This document shows positions 45,528-54,988 of a stretch of DNA of 64,000 nucleotides, piece by piece. Under the pieces are notes generated by a model that saw only the letters and a list, made by a program, of their open reading frames with translations, made no database searches and was not told where the DNA came from. How positions within the stretch are numbered: the first letter of the stretch is position 1; each line of letters starts with the position of its first letter. Origin of the DNA: Planctomycetia bacterium (GTDB lineage Bacteria > Planctomycetota > Planctomycetia > Pirellulales > UBA1268). The translations under genes and the position numbers were made by a program. The DNA lies in the NCBI GenBank assembly GCA_021414115.1, contig JAIOPD010000050.1, positions 5,496 to 69,495 of the forward strand, written 5' to 3'.

Positions 45528-47176
45528 CGACTCTCTCGCGCGGCGGCCAGCGGAATCTCGTAACACGCAGCCTCCTCGGCGTTGCGGACGAGCAGCCGAT
45601 CGCCCGACAGGCAGAGGGTATTCCAGGTCTGGCCGTCGATCGCCGCGAGCCGGCCGCGGACCACGTGCTTCTCCGGCACACATTCCACGAGCACCACCTC
45701 GCCCGACTCGGCCTGCACGAGCAGCCAGCCTCCCGCACGCAGCACCTGCCCCTGGCCGTAGCGGCCCGTCTTCCACCGCCGACGGCCGTCGTCGAGCGAC
45801 ACGCATTCGAGGATGCCGTCGGAGAGCCCGTAGGCATGGCCGTCGTGAATCACGACGTTGGTGAACTTCGTCTTGAGCAAGCCGGACTGCTGCCACACCG
45901 GCTTGAACGTCGCCGGTTCGCCGGGCTGGCGTGCGAACACCGCGGCACCGGCGCCGTACCCCTTCGAGATGAAGATTCGGCCGCCGTCGAGCACATGAGC
46001 CTGCGAGCAGGTGGCGTCGGAGTTGGAGTGGCCTGGCCAGTCGAACCGCCAGAGTTCCCGGCCGTCGGCAGGATCGTGGCCGGCGATGCTCGACTCGTTG
46101 ACGGTGAGCACCAACTTGCGACCGTCCCACGACACCATCTCGGGCGAGACATAACTGATCTGCTGGTCGCCTCCCGTCCAGCGGCGTTCGCCGGTCGCAC
46201 GATCGTAGGCCACGAGCGAGACGAAGCCGCCGTCTTTTTTCGGTCCGCCTCCCGGCACGATCACGAGCGACTCGGCGACCAGGGGAGAGCCCGCCCGGCC
46301 CCACGCGACCGCCGCGGCAGCCGCGGCCGGATCGATGCCGAGATCGTCGAGCACGTTTTTCTTCCAGAGCACGCGGCCCGTCGCCCCGTCGATGGCGTGC
46401 AGCCAGCCCGTCGCGCCCGTCGCATACACGGCGTCCTCTGCGATCGTGGGCGTGGAACGCGGGCCGACGCCGCCGAGCACCGTCTCGAGCCGGCCCGGCA
46501 CCGACACCGTCCACTCGATGTCGCCCGTGGGCACCGCCTGGCAGGAGATGATCTCCTCGTCGCCCCGCTGCTCGAGCGTGACGGCATGATCACCGCAGAC
46601 GGCGAACCCGCTCCAGCCGGCGCCGATCGGCCGCCGCCAGAGCCGCTTCGGTGGCCGGGCTTCCCAGTCGGGATCGAGCGCCGGTCCCTCGAGCGATCCC
46701 GAACCGGCCGGCCCGAGGAAGCGCGGAAAATCCGTGGGCGTCTCCGCCCACGCCGCCGCTGCCGTGACGGCCGACGGTGCCGCCTGCGGTAGCAGCCGGT
46801 CGCGCGACGGGCTCCAGCGAAATACCAGCTCGGGCACCAGATCGCCCGACACCCGTTCGATCCGCAGGGCCGCGCACGCCAGCCCCACGAGGGCCACGAG
46901 CCCGAAGCCAACCAGCCGTTTGAGCGTGGCCGAGTGCCCGCTCTCGACGAGAAACCAGACCAGCACCGACATCACGGCCGAGAAGCCGAGGATCAGCGTG
47001 ATGATGTTTCGCACCGCCGCATCGACGATTCCGCCGACGATCGGCTCGAGCAGCCCCATGCGCACCATGACGGTCGCGGCGGCCAGCGACGCGAGGCCCA
47101 CGAAGACCCGCCGCGGAGGCCAGAGCGGCCGCTCCTTGGGTGCGGGCATCGGCGAAGGTTTACGGCGTCGCGGCAT
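45524..47176 (-). CDS. PQQ-like beta-propeller repeat protein with N-terminal multi-TM anchor
   Basis: 550-aa ORF with repeated ...A.D..TG...W... blades (LHAIDGATGRVLWK, AYDRATGERRW, GHDPADGRELWRF, VSLDDGRRRWK) after 3 hydrophobic segments. Confidence 0.85.
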   Translation of the reverse strand: MPRRRKPSPMPAPKERPLWPPRRVFVGLASLAAATVMVRMGLLEPIVGGIVDAAVRNIITLILGFSAVMSVLVWFLVESGHSATLKRLVGFGLVALVGLACAALRIERVSGDLVPELVFRWSPSRDRLLPQAAPSAVTAAAAWAETPTDFPRFLGPAGSGSLEGPALDPDWEARPPKRLWRRPIGAGWSGFAVCGDHAVTLEQRGDEEIISCQAVPTGDIEWTVSVPGRLETVLGGVGPRSTPTIAEDAVYATGATGWLHAIDGATGRVLWKKNVLDDLGIDPAAAAAAVAWGRAGSPLVAESLVIVPGGGPKKDGGFVSLVAYDRATGERRWTGGDQQISYVSPEMVSWDGRKLVLTVNESSIAGHDPADGRELWRFDWPGHSNSDATCSQAHVLDGGRIFISKGYGAGAAVFARQPGEPATFKPVWQQSGLLKTKFTNVVIHDGHAYGLSDGILECVSLDDGRRRWKTGRYGQGQVLRAGGWLLVQAESGEVVLVECVPEKHVVRGRLAAIDGQTWNTLCLSGDRLLVRNAEEAACYEIPLAAARESR

Positions 47177-47268
47177 GCCACACTTTTACTGGAAGAACCG
47201 CGGCGACGCGACTACACTCCCCCGGGTCGGCCACCACACGCTTCTCGCTTCGACTCGTAGGACACGGC

Positions 47269-48522
47269 ATGCTCACGACCAACGCCCCCGACCCGGCTCG
47301 GTCGCCGTCTGCCGCCCCTGCGACGACGCCCGCTCCCGTAGGTCCGGCTCCAGCCGGTCCGTCGACGTCCGCCGTCCATGCGGGCGAGGCCCGGCAGAAG
47401 CCCGGCTTCTCGCTCACCGACCCGATCTTCGCGTCGAGCACCTACACGTTTCCCGACACGCAGTCGATCATCGACTTCATCGAACAGAAGCAGACCCGCG
47501 AGGAATACGGCCGCTACGGCAACCCGGGCGAACGCGTGGTCGAAGACAAGATCGCGGCCCTGGAGGGGGGCGATTCGGCCGTCCTCTTTTCGAGCGGCAT
47601 GGCGGCGCTCGTGGGCCTACTGATGGCCCACGTCAACGCCGGCGACGAGATCGTCTTTTTCGACGAGTGTTACCACCGCAGCCGCGAGTTCTGCCGGAAG
47701 CACCTCACGCGATTCGGTGTCGGGTTCCGCGAGGTCAAGACCTGCGACTATGCGGCTATGGAGGCCGCGATCACGCCGCGGACGAAGTTCCTCGTCAGCG
47801 AGTCGCCCACCAACCCGCACCTGAGCGTGGTCGACATCGCGGCCTTCGCCGACATCGGCCGCCGCCGTGGCGTGCTCACGCTGATCGACGCCACGCTCTG
47901 CACGCCCTACAACCTCCGGCCGCTCACCGCCGGCGTCGATTTCGTGCTCCATTCGGCCACGAAGTATCTCGGCGGCCACAACGACCTGCTCGCGGGCGCC
48001 GTGATCGGCTCGACGGAACTGATGGAACCGGTCCGCCGGCTCCGCGGCATCATGGGGGGTGTCAACTCGCCCCACAACGCCTATCTGCTGGAGCGGGGCC
48101 TGAAGACGCTCGCCCTGCGGATGGAACGACACAACTCCAACGGCCTCGCCGTGGCCCGGTTCCTGGAGAGGCATCCACGGATCGAGCGTGTGCTCTATCC
48201 CGGCCTCGAGAGCCACCCCTATCACTCGATCGCGGCCCGCACGATGCGGGGCTGCGGCGGGCTCGTCACGTTCTTCATCAAAGACGCCGACTGGCGGCAG
48301 ACGGCCGACGTCATCGACGCCGTGCGCATCCCGCGGATCGGGCCGAGCCTCGGCGGCGTCGAGTCGCTCATCGAGCAGCCGCTCGTGATGAGCTACTGGA
48401 ACTACACGCCCGCGGAGCGGGCTGCATTCCGCATCCCCGACAACATGATCCGCATGTCCTGCGGCATCGAGGACGCCGACGATCTGATCGCCGACCTCGC
48501 GCAGGCACTCGATCGCACCTGA
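47269..48522 (+). CDS. Cys/Met-metabolism PLP-dependent enzyme (cystathionine gamma-synthase-like) with Pro/Ala-rich N-extension
   Basis: 417 aa from MLTTNAPD. It contains YGRYGNP and the HSATKYLGGHNDL Lys-PLP motif. Confidence 0.9.
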   Translation: MLTTNAPDPARSPSAAPATTPAPVGPAPAGPSTSAVHAGEARQKPGFSLTDPIFASSTYTFPDTQSIIDFIEQKQTREEYGRYGNPGERVVEDKIAALEGGDSAVLFSSGMAALVGLLMAHVNAGDEIVFFDECYHRSREFCRKHLTRFGVGFREVKTCDYAAMEAAITPRTKFLVSESPTNPHLSVVDIAAFADIGRRRGVLTLIDATLCTPYNLRPLTAGVDFVLHSATKYLGGHNDLLAGAVIGSTELMEPVRRLRGIMGGVNSPHNAYLLERGLKTLALRMERHNSNGLAVARFLERHPRIERVLYPGLESHPYHSIAARTMRGCGGLVTFFIKDADWRQTADVIDAVRIPRIGPSLGGVESLIEQPLVMSYWNYTPAERAAFRIPDNMIRMSCGIEDADDLIADLAQALDRT

Positions 48523-48559
48523 CTTGACCGGATCTCGCCTCACCGGACCTCGGCGGCTC

Positions 48560-49702
48560 ATGCAGTTTCGAACCAGGGCCATCCACGTCGGTCAGGAGCA
48601 CGATCCCGCGACCGGCGCGGTCGTGAAGCCGATTCATCTGGCCAGCACGTTCGTGCAGCCCGACGCCTCGATGACGGCGGCCTACGATTACGCCCGCACC
48701 GGCAACCCCACGCGGCACGCCTTCGAGAAGACGCTCGCCGATCTCGACGGCGGCACGCGGGCGCTCGCCTTCGCGTCGGGCATGGCGGCGACCCACTGTG
48801 CGACGATGCTGCTCGCCCCCGGCGACGAGATCGTCACCGGCACCGACATCTACGGCGGCACCTGGCGGCTCTTCAATCGCCTGCTCGCCGAGCGAGGGAT
48901 CGTCGTGACGGCGGTCGATACGTCCGACACCGCCGCCGTGGGCCGCGCGGTGGGCCCACGAACGAAGCTCCTGTGGGTCGAATCGCCCGGTAACCCATTG
49001 CTCTCGATCAGCGATCTCGCCGCCTGTGCCGAGATCGCTCACCGAGCCGGTGCGCTCCTCGCGTGCGACGCCACGCTCACGACACCGGCCCTCTCGCGGC
49101 CGCTCGAACTCGGTGCCGACATCGTGATGCACTCGGCCACGAAATCGATCGGCGGCCACAGCGATCTGCTCGGTGGCGCGCTCGTGGTCGGCGACGCCGA
49201 CCTCGGCACCCGGCTCCACTGGCTGCAGAACGCGACGGGCGGCGTGATGGGACCGCTCGAGGCATTTCTCTGTTCACGCGGCCTCAAGACGCTCGAACTC
49301 CGCGTGCTCGCCCAGTCGGCGACGGCCTTGCGGCTGGCGGAATGGCTTGCCGCGCACCCGGCCGTGCGGAAAGTGCATTACCCGGGGCTGCCCGGCCATC
49401 CGGGCCATGCGTTGGCGATGCGGCAGATGGCGGCAGGCGGAACGATCGTGAGTTTCGAGGTCGCCGGCTCCGTTGACGACGCCCGCCGTGTCGTCGAGTC
49501 GACGCAGCTCTTCCAACTCGCCGTCAGCCTGGGCGCGGTCGAATCCCTGATCGAAATCCCGGCGATCATGTCGCACGGCTCCTATGCCCCCGAGGCCCGC
49601 CGGGCCGTCGGGATCGCCGACGGGCTGATCCGACTCTCCGTGGGCCTCGAGGCTTTCGAAGACCTCCGCGACGACCTCGCCGCCGCACTTCCCCGGGCTT
49701 GA
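48560..49702 (+). CDS. Cys/Met-metabolism PLP-dependent enzyme (cystathionine beta-lyase/gamma-lyase-like)
   Basis: 380 aa from MQFRTRAIHVGQ. It contains YARTGNPT and the HSATKSIGGHSDL Lys-PLP motif. Confidence 0.92.
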   Translation: MQFRTRAIHVGQEHDPATGAVVKPIHLASTFVQPDASMTAAYDYARTGNPTRHAFEKTLADLDGGTRALAFASGMAATHCATMLLAPGDEIVTGTDIYGGTWRLFNRLLAERGIVVTAVDTSDTAAVGRAVGPRTKLLWVESPGNPLLSISDLAACAEIAHRAGALLACDATLTTPALSRPLELGADIVMHSATKSIGGHSDLLGGALVVGDADLGTRLHWLQNATGGVMGPLEAFLCSRGLKTLELRVLAQSATALRLAEWLAAHPAVRKVHYPGLPGHPGHALAMRQMAAGGTIVSFEVAGSVDDARRVVESTQLFQLAVSLGAVESLIEIPAIMSHGSYAPEARRAVGIADGLIRLSVGLEAFEDLRDDLAAALPRA

Positions 49703-49849
49703 CCAGGAATTCTGGGTAGTCTGCGGCCCTTCTTCCGGTCGCGCTGATTTTGGCGGAAGTTCCGCATCTGCGGATGCCGATAACGATTTCGATCGCAAAG
49801 AGTCTGCCGCCCCCGACGGCGCGGCGGACCATGAAATCGGAGATCAGTC

Positions 49850-51772
49850 ATGAACGTCTTCCACGGCTCGAAGCACCTGATCACGCCTGCTGTCGCCGCC
49901 CTTTTCGGGCTCGGTGCGACCGTCGCAGGGGCTACGGAGAGCCAGTTGAAGTGGACGCCTCATCGGGGCGGCGCCACCGAACAGGCAGCCGAACTCTCGC
50001 CGGCCGACACGGCCGCTCCCGGACAGCCGGCCCTGATCCCCGCACCGGCCCCCGTCTCCGAACCGGTCCGGGTCGCCGGTCCGGTGGCCTCGGCGGCCCC
50101 CGCCGCGGTCGTGCTGCCGGATGACGTGCCCCGGACGGCCCCGCCGGCAAGGCAGCCCGTCGCCAGGCGCCCCATGCCCCCGCGGCCCGCTCCCCCGCAG
50201 GCCGACTGGTCGACCGCCAACCGAGTCAGCGGCTCGCTGCAGCGGGCCTTCGATCCCAACAATCCCAACGGCGTGTTCAGCGACAAAGCCATGCGGACTC
50301 CGCGCGGCGAAAGCAGCCGGCCGATTCTCGCCCCCGAGGGCCAGCAGGCCGTTGCCATGCAGCGACGGGTGGAGAGCCGCGACATGGCCGCCGCCCAGAG
50401 CGAGCGTCTCGGGGGTGGTCTGGCCCCGCGCTACGCCGCGACCCCCGGTGCTCGGCCGCGGATCGATCGCATCGCGATGAACGTCGACGGCATTCCGTCG
50501 GTGATGACGCAGCAGCCGCAAGTCGGCGCCCTCGACGATTCAGGCGTGCCGGGCCGAACCCCGACGGGCGCCGGTGCTCCGTCGGCAGCGGCCGCCCCCA
50601 GCGCCAGCGAAAGACTGCCCGTCCCAAGCGCCGCGGCTCCCTCGATCACCGAGGAAGGCCCGATGAGCATCGAGTCGTTCGAGCCAGGCACAGGTGACAT
50701 GGATCCGAGCCTCTCCATGGACGGCATGGGCATGGACGGTATGCCGATGGGAGAGGACGGGATGCCGATGATGTCGGGCGAGGGTGGCATGCTGATGGGC
50801 GAGTATCCGGCCCAACTCCACGTCGAATCGTTCTATGACGACCCGTATGCCTGCGAGGATGACGATCCGCTCTGTCATCACAGCGGCCGGTTCTGCAACT
50901 GGATGCGGCAGTTTGGTCGGCCCTACTACGGCTGGAGATGGTACCGCGACTTCACGGCCAGCGCCGGTGTCACGGCCTTCACGAACGACACCAACCTGGG
51001 TATCCACGGCAACTTCGGCACCAACGAATACCTCAACTTCGCGATGCCGTTCTGGAACGCCTTCGGCATCGGCTGGCAGATCGGCTGGAGGGGCACGCAG
51101 ACCAACTTCCAGCCTGCCCAGCTCAAGGTGGGCAACTCGACTTTCACGAAAAACGCCCGCGATCAAAACTTCGTCACCACCGGCTTCTTCACGCGGGCGT
51201 TCGAGGGACGCGGCCTGCAGGGCGGAGCCGTCTATGACTTCATGCACGACAGTTGGCTCGACAACGCCAACATCGCCCAGATGCGTGCCGAGATCAGCTA
51301 CGTCTGGGGCTATCATGAGATCGGCTTCTGGGGCGCCGCGAACATCACCGACGAGACGGGCTTCCTCGGCCGCCGGTCCAAGGTGCAGGGCACGGCGAGC
51401 ACCGTCGACCTCTACACCGGCTTCTACCGGCTGCAGTTTGGCGACGCCAATGAACTCAAGGTCTGGGGTGGCGGTACCGGCGAGGGCGAGGGCATCGTCG
51501 GCACGCTCCTGCGGGCGCCACTGGCGCGGTCGTTCGCCATGGAAGGCACGTTCACGTACCTGATCCCCGGCCAGACCCGGTCGATCGTGCTCAACGAGAC
51601 GGGAGTGACCAGCAACTTCTCGCCCGCCGCCTGGAACGTGGGCGTGAACCTCGTCTACTACCCGGCCGGCCGTTCGCGGCGTGGCCTGGCCAGCCCTTAC
51701 CGGCCGCTCTTCGAAGTGGCCGACAACGGCAGCATGATCCGGGAGTTCAGCGTGATGAGGCCGAAGCCCTGA
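49850..51772 (+). CDS. Secreted protein: Pro/Ala-rich linker, Met-rich segment, and C-terminal aromatic-rich putative beta-barrel
   Basis: 640-aa ORF with GGAG 8 nt upstream and a signal peptide (ITPAVAALFGLGATVAGA). It contains MDGMGMDGMPMGEDGMPMMSGEGGMLMG. The last approximately 330 aa show alternating aromatic/Gly patterns. The porin-like call is inference. Confidence 0.8.
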   Translation: MNVFHGSKHLITPAVAALFGLGATVAGATESQLKWTPHRGGATEQAAELSPADTAAPGQPALIPAPAPVSEPVRVAGPVASAAPAAVVLPDDVPRTAPPARQPVARRPMPPRPAPPQADWSTANRVSGSLQRAFDPNNPNGVFSDKAMRTPRGESSRPILAPEGQQAVAMQRRVESRDMAAAQSERLGGGLAPRYAATPGARPRIDRIAMNVDGIPSVMTQQPQVGALDDSGVPGRTPTGAGAPSAAAAPSASERLPVPSAAAPSITEEGPMSIESFEPGTGDMDPSLSMDGMGMDGMPMGEDGMPMMSGEGGMLMGEYPAQLHVESFYDDPYACEDDDPLCHHSGRFCNWMRQFGRPYYGWRWYRDFTASAGVTAFTNDTNLGIHGNFGTNEYLNFAMPFWNAFGIGWQIGWRGTQTNFQPAQLKVGNSTFTKNARDQNFVTTGFFTRAFEGRGLQGGAVYDFMHDSWLDNANIAQMRAEISYVWGYHEIGFWGAANITDETGFLGRRSKVQGTASTVDLYTGFYRLQFGDANELKVWGGGTGEGEGIVGTLLRAPLARSFAMEGTFTYLIPGQTRSIVLNETGVTSNFSPAAWNVGVNLVYYPAGRSRRGLASPYRPLFEVADNGSMIREFSVMRPKP

Positions 51773-51951
51773 TCGGATCCCGGCCTGCCCAGGAGCCGAT
51801 TGGACCATCCGAAAACCCCGGGTGATCCGCCCGGTTCCCGGGCCACGACTGCCACGCTGCGGCGGATTCGTGTATTCTCCGCGGTGAAGAGGGCGTCGCT
51901 GGATGGCTGCCTGCCGTCGCTGCCCCCCCGTTACCGCGACCGGAATCCACC

Positions 51952-53580
51952 ATGTCGGAAAACGACCAGCACGATCCCTGGGCCTCGCTCGCCGAATCGC
52001 TCGGCGCGACCCCTGCCAACGACACGCCCCGTCCTCCGGTTGCCCGGCCCCAGCCGCCCGCTCCCAAGCCGCGGCAGGAGAGTCAGACCAAGCCCCCGGC
52101 CAAGACCGGTGACTGGGACAGCCTCGCCTCGGAACTCGGGGTCGCGGGCGGAGCCCCGCCACCGCCGCCGCCGAAGCCTGCCGCTCGTCCCGCCACGCCG
52201 GCGCCGCGCGGCCCGTTGCCCCCCGAACCGGAGTTTCGCACCGAGCGCCGCCGGGACGATGGCGGCAGCCGGGCCGAACGTCCGGCCCGCCGCTTCGACG
52301 AGGAACGCGTGCCGCAGCGCGACGACCGCGTGCCGATGGGCGACGACCGCGTGCCACAGCGCGACGACCGCGTGCCGCTGCGCGACGACCGCGTGCCACT
52401 GCGCGACGACCGCGTGCCACGGGGTGACATCGGCAGTCCCGCCGGCGACGAGCCACGCGGCGAGGGACGGCGCAGCGGCGATGAATCCCGTGATCGAGAC
52501 GAGGAGGGCGGCGGAGGCCGAAGGCGCCGCCGTGGCCGCCGCGGCGGCCGTGGGCGAGGTCGTCGCGATGACGATCGGCCGGTTTCCAGTGAAGGCGAAA
52601 CGGGTGCTCCGCGTCCACGCGCGGCGGAGTCGTCCGAGCAGACATCGCGTCGGGATGATCGGGATGACCGTGGCCCGCGGCGTGAACCCGTCCGCCAGCG
52701 AGACGACGAGTCGCGAGGCCGGCGAGATGACGAGTTCGCTGCCGGCGACGACCGGCGGATCGAAGACCGCAATCTCGACGATCGCGATCGTGACGAACGC
52801 CACCTCGACGAACGTGACCACGAGTCCGTGGGCGACGACCGTCGCGAGGCGGCCCCGTCTGATCGGGGTGGCGACGGAGACCAGGATTCGCGACCGCGAC
52901 GCCGTCGGCGTCGGGGCCGGCGCTCCGGCCGGAGCCGTGCATCGGAGTCCGCGACAGAACGCGGCGATGCGGCAGCATCGGACCGCCCGCTCCGCGACTC
53001 CACGTCACGCGGTGCCGCCCCGCGCGGAAACGATGCCGACGAACCGTTGCCCACTTCCTACGGTATGCGGCCCGCGGGCCGGCCCGATGCTTCCTCGCGT
53101 CAGGAATCGAGCGGCCGAGCCGAGCGGCCCGCCGCTTCCCGTGAAGGCGACGATGCCGGTGAGGGCCGCGGCCGACGGCGTCGGCGCCGCCGCGGGGGCG
53201 AAGGCCGTTCGCGGAGCGAACGCGAGCCGACCGGTTCACGAGAATCCTCATCGAGCGGTTCGCGGAGTCGCGGCTCGCGGCGGCCTGCAGGCGAAACACG
53301 GTCGTCGTCATTCTCGCGGGGACGGCGCGACGATTTCGCGCCGGTCGCCGGCCGTCACGAGGAGGACGACGAGGGGCTCGAGTTCCTCGGCGTGGAAGAG
53401 GCCGGCCAGGAAGCGTCTCGGCGCCCACGTGCCCCCGAAGACGACGACATCCTGGTCGAAAGCGGCCTCAACACCGTGCTCGACGTGCCGAGTTGGGTCG
53501 AAGCGATCGGCATCGTGATCGCCGGCAATCTCGATGCGAGAAACAAGCAGGGACGCGGCGGCGAGCAGCGCGGTCGCTAG
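51952..53580 (+). CDS. Arg/Asp/Gly-rich low-complexity protein with conserved-looking termini
   Basis: 542-aa ORF. The N-terminus is MSENDQHDPWASLAESLG and the C-terminus is LVESGLNTVLDVPSWVEAIGIVIAGNL. It includes RRRRRGRRGGRGRGRR blocks and a 6 x 7-aa DDRVPxR repeat. The frame was chosen over the 962-aa antisense ORF because of its ordered termini. Confidence 0.62.
   Translation: MSENDQHDPWASLAESLGATPANDTPRPPVARPQPPAPKPRQESQTKPPAKTGDWDSLASELGVAGGAPPPPPPKPAARPATPAPRGPLPPEPEFRTERRRDDGGSRAERPARRFDEERVPQRDDRVPMGDDRVPQRDDRVPLRDDRVPLRDDRVPRGDIGSPAGDEPRGEGRRSGDESRDRDEEGGGGRRRRRGRRGGRGRGRRDDDRPVSSEGETGAPRPRAAESSEQTSRRDDRDDRGPRREPVRQRDDESRGRRDDEFAAGDDRRIEDRNLDDRDRDERHLDERDHESVGDDRREAAPSDRGGDGDQDSRPRRRRRRGRRSGRSRASESATERGDAAASDRPLRDSTSRGAAPRGNDADEPLPTSYGMRPAGRPDASSRQESSGRAERPAASREGDDAGEGRGRRRRRRRGGEGRSRSEREPTGSRESSSSGSRSRGSRRPAGETRSSSFSRGRRDDFAPVAGRHEEDDEGLEFLGVEEAGQEASRRPRAPEDDDILVESGLNTVLDVPSWVEAIGIVIAGNLDARNKQGRGGEQRGR
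52303..52428 (+). repeat. Six tandem 21-bp repeats (GACCGCGTGCCNNNGCGCGAC) inside the 542-aa CDS
   Basis: Read directly. The units start at 52303, 52324, 52345, 52366, 52387 and 52408, and encode (D/E)(D/E)RVP(Q/M/L)R. Confidence 0.9.
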
Positions 53581-53615
53581 AGCACATCCGACTTGGTGGA
53601 ACGCCTGACGGGGAG

Positions 53616-53721
53616 GGAAGCCCAGAGCGCGAGCGACGGGAAGACGCGTGGCGACCGTGTTGATGGCGGGGAGCCGTCCGACGTGGAGGACGTATTCCCC
53701 GCGCTGGCGCTTGGGGCTTCC
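53616..53721. repeat. Hairpin repeat family, locus E (full unit, inverted orientation)
   Basis: GGAAGCCCAGAGCGCGAGCGACGGGAAGAC ... GTATTCCCCGCGCTGGCGCTTGGGGCTTCC. It lies in the convergent spacer between the 542-aa and 251-aa genes. Confidence 0.85.
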
Positions 53722-53760
53722 TGACGGGAAGACGACGGGCGTCGGCAATCCTGCCGGGGC

Positions 53761-54516
53761 CTACTTGAGCGCGATCGTCCGGGCCAGCGGCCGCAGGATC
53801 TGCTCGACCACGCAGGAATCGACCACTTCGCGGGCGAGCGTCGCCAGCCGGTCCATCGTCTCCACATAAGTCGTGTCTGGGTCGAGGCTGCCATACTGCC
53901 GGGCGGTCACGTAGACGCTCAGCTGCTCCTCGTTGAACTCGCCCGTCCGCACCTGGAAGGCGTTGGTCCGCGTTTCGGTGCTGACCCGAACCTGCACTCG
54001 GCAGTCCTCGTCGAGGGCGATCGTCAGCGAGGGTTCGTAGTTGATCACCCGCCCGCCGGGAGCGTCGCCCAGTCGCTCGAGCGCCGGACCGACGCCGAGG
54101 GCCTCGGCTAGCAGGGAGTTGTGATTGCCGCGGTAGGCGAAGTCGAAGCCGAAGAGAACGTCGATCGCCTCGCAGTCGAGCGGACTGATCGAAAGAAAAG
54201 TCGGCGCAAGGTCGAGCACGAGGCGATGCTGGTCGAGAGCGGCGTCGAGCGTCGCGGGATTTACCTGCCCCGAGCAGAGACGCTTGGCCTCAACGGCGGC
54301 CCAGCGGTAGCGGCCCTGGTCCTTATCTTCCTCGAGGACATAATCCCGCTTGTCTCGGCAGTAGAACTTCCGCATCGACGGAAACCGCTTCTGCACCCGC
54401 TCAAAGTACTGGAGGATGGTTTCCCGCTGGGCAGGGAGTTCCATCTCCGTGGCCAGATTCATGTTGATGTAGAAGTCGTCGGCCAGCGACGCGTAGGGCG
54501 TCATGTTCCCATGCAC
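53761..54516 (-). CDS. Conserved-looking hypothetical protein
   Basis: 251-aa ORF (the start may be MTPYAS at 54504). Composition is globular and balanced. No motif recognised. Confidence 0.75.
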   Translation of the reverse strand: MHGNMTPYASLADDFYINMNLATEMELPAQRETILQYFERVQKRFPSMRKFYCRDKRDYVLEEDKDQGRYRWAAVEAKRLCSGQVNPATLDAALDQHRLVLDLAPTFLSISPLDCEAIDVLFGFDFAYRGNHNSLLAEALGVGPALERLGDAPGGRVINYEPSLTIALDEDCRVQVRVSTETRTNAFQVRTGEFNEEQLSVYVTARQYGSLDPDTTYVETMDRLATLAREVVDSCVVEQILRPLARTIALK

Positions 54517-54736
54517 TCTCGAGGGGATCGTGGAAGTGCTTTGGAGTATAGCAAGCCGTCGGTTCCGATTCGTGCGGCCCCCGCCGCCGACCGGGAAACG
54601 TGACAGGGCCCCGACTGCGGCCTGCCACCCGCTGGAAACTGCCGGGCCGCCTCGGCATAATGGTAGTCACTTGGGGGGAGTTCGGCTGGACTCCCCGTCC
54701 CTCCGCACTCCCCCGATGAGCGCGTGAGCGACCGCC

Positions 54737-54940
54737 ATGCCGGCACCTGAAGACTGGATCGACATTCCCGAAGAACGGCTGTCGATCGAAAAACGTTCCG
54801 ATGGTGCGATCGTCGTTCGTGTCCAGTCGGCCGGACCGGAGGGGTCGCGACTGCCCGACGCGGTCTTTTCTTTTCGCTGCGGCGATCCGCAGTATTCCTA
54901 CTGGCTCGGCCGCCTCGACACGCACTCGCGCTCCCGCTGA
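54737..54940 (+). CDS. Hypothetical small protein
   Basis: 67-aa ORF with non-repetitive composition (MPAPEDWIDIPEERLSIEKRSDGAIVVRV...). No ribosome-binding site seen. Confidence 0.35.
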   Translation: MPAPEDWIDIPEERLSIEKRSDGAIVVRVQSAGPEGSRLPDAVFSFRCGDPQYSYWLGRLDTHSRSR

Positions 54941-54988
54941 CCCCTCGTGGGCACCCGAGGCGATGCGTCACTGATCATCCATGACGCG

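Noticed and set aside
44686-46514. 383-aa and 586-aa minus-strand ORFs suggesting a long fusion protein upstream of the SDR domain
   Set aside because: Only the last 257 aa (the SDR) are credible. The upstream part overlaps, out of frame, the beta-propeller gene, which has clear repeat motifs and an ATGA junction with the SDR start.
47177-47268. Possible SAM or other riboswitch upstream of the transsulfuration genes
   Set aside because: The spacer is only about 90 nt, and I could not recognise any conserved riboswitch core or stable multi-stem structure.
46734-48527. 597-aa plus-strand ORF overlapping the propeller gene and the first PLP enzyme in another frame
   Set aside because: The in-frame PLP enzyme (47269..48522) contains the Lys-PLP motif. 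This frame is Arg-rich low complexity.
50540-53428. 962-aa minus-strand ORF spanning two plus-strand genes
   Set aside because: It is extremely Arg/Pro/Gly-rich. It crosses the intergenic region between two plus-strand CDSs that have signal peptides or ordered termini. I judged it a shadow ORF, although strand choice for 51952-53580 should still be confirmed experimentally.
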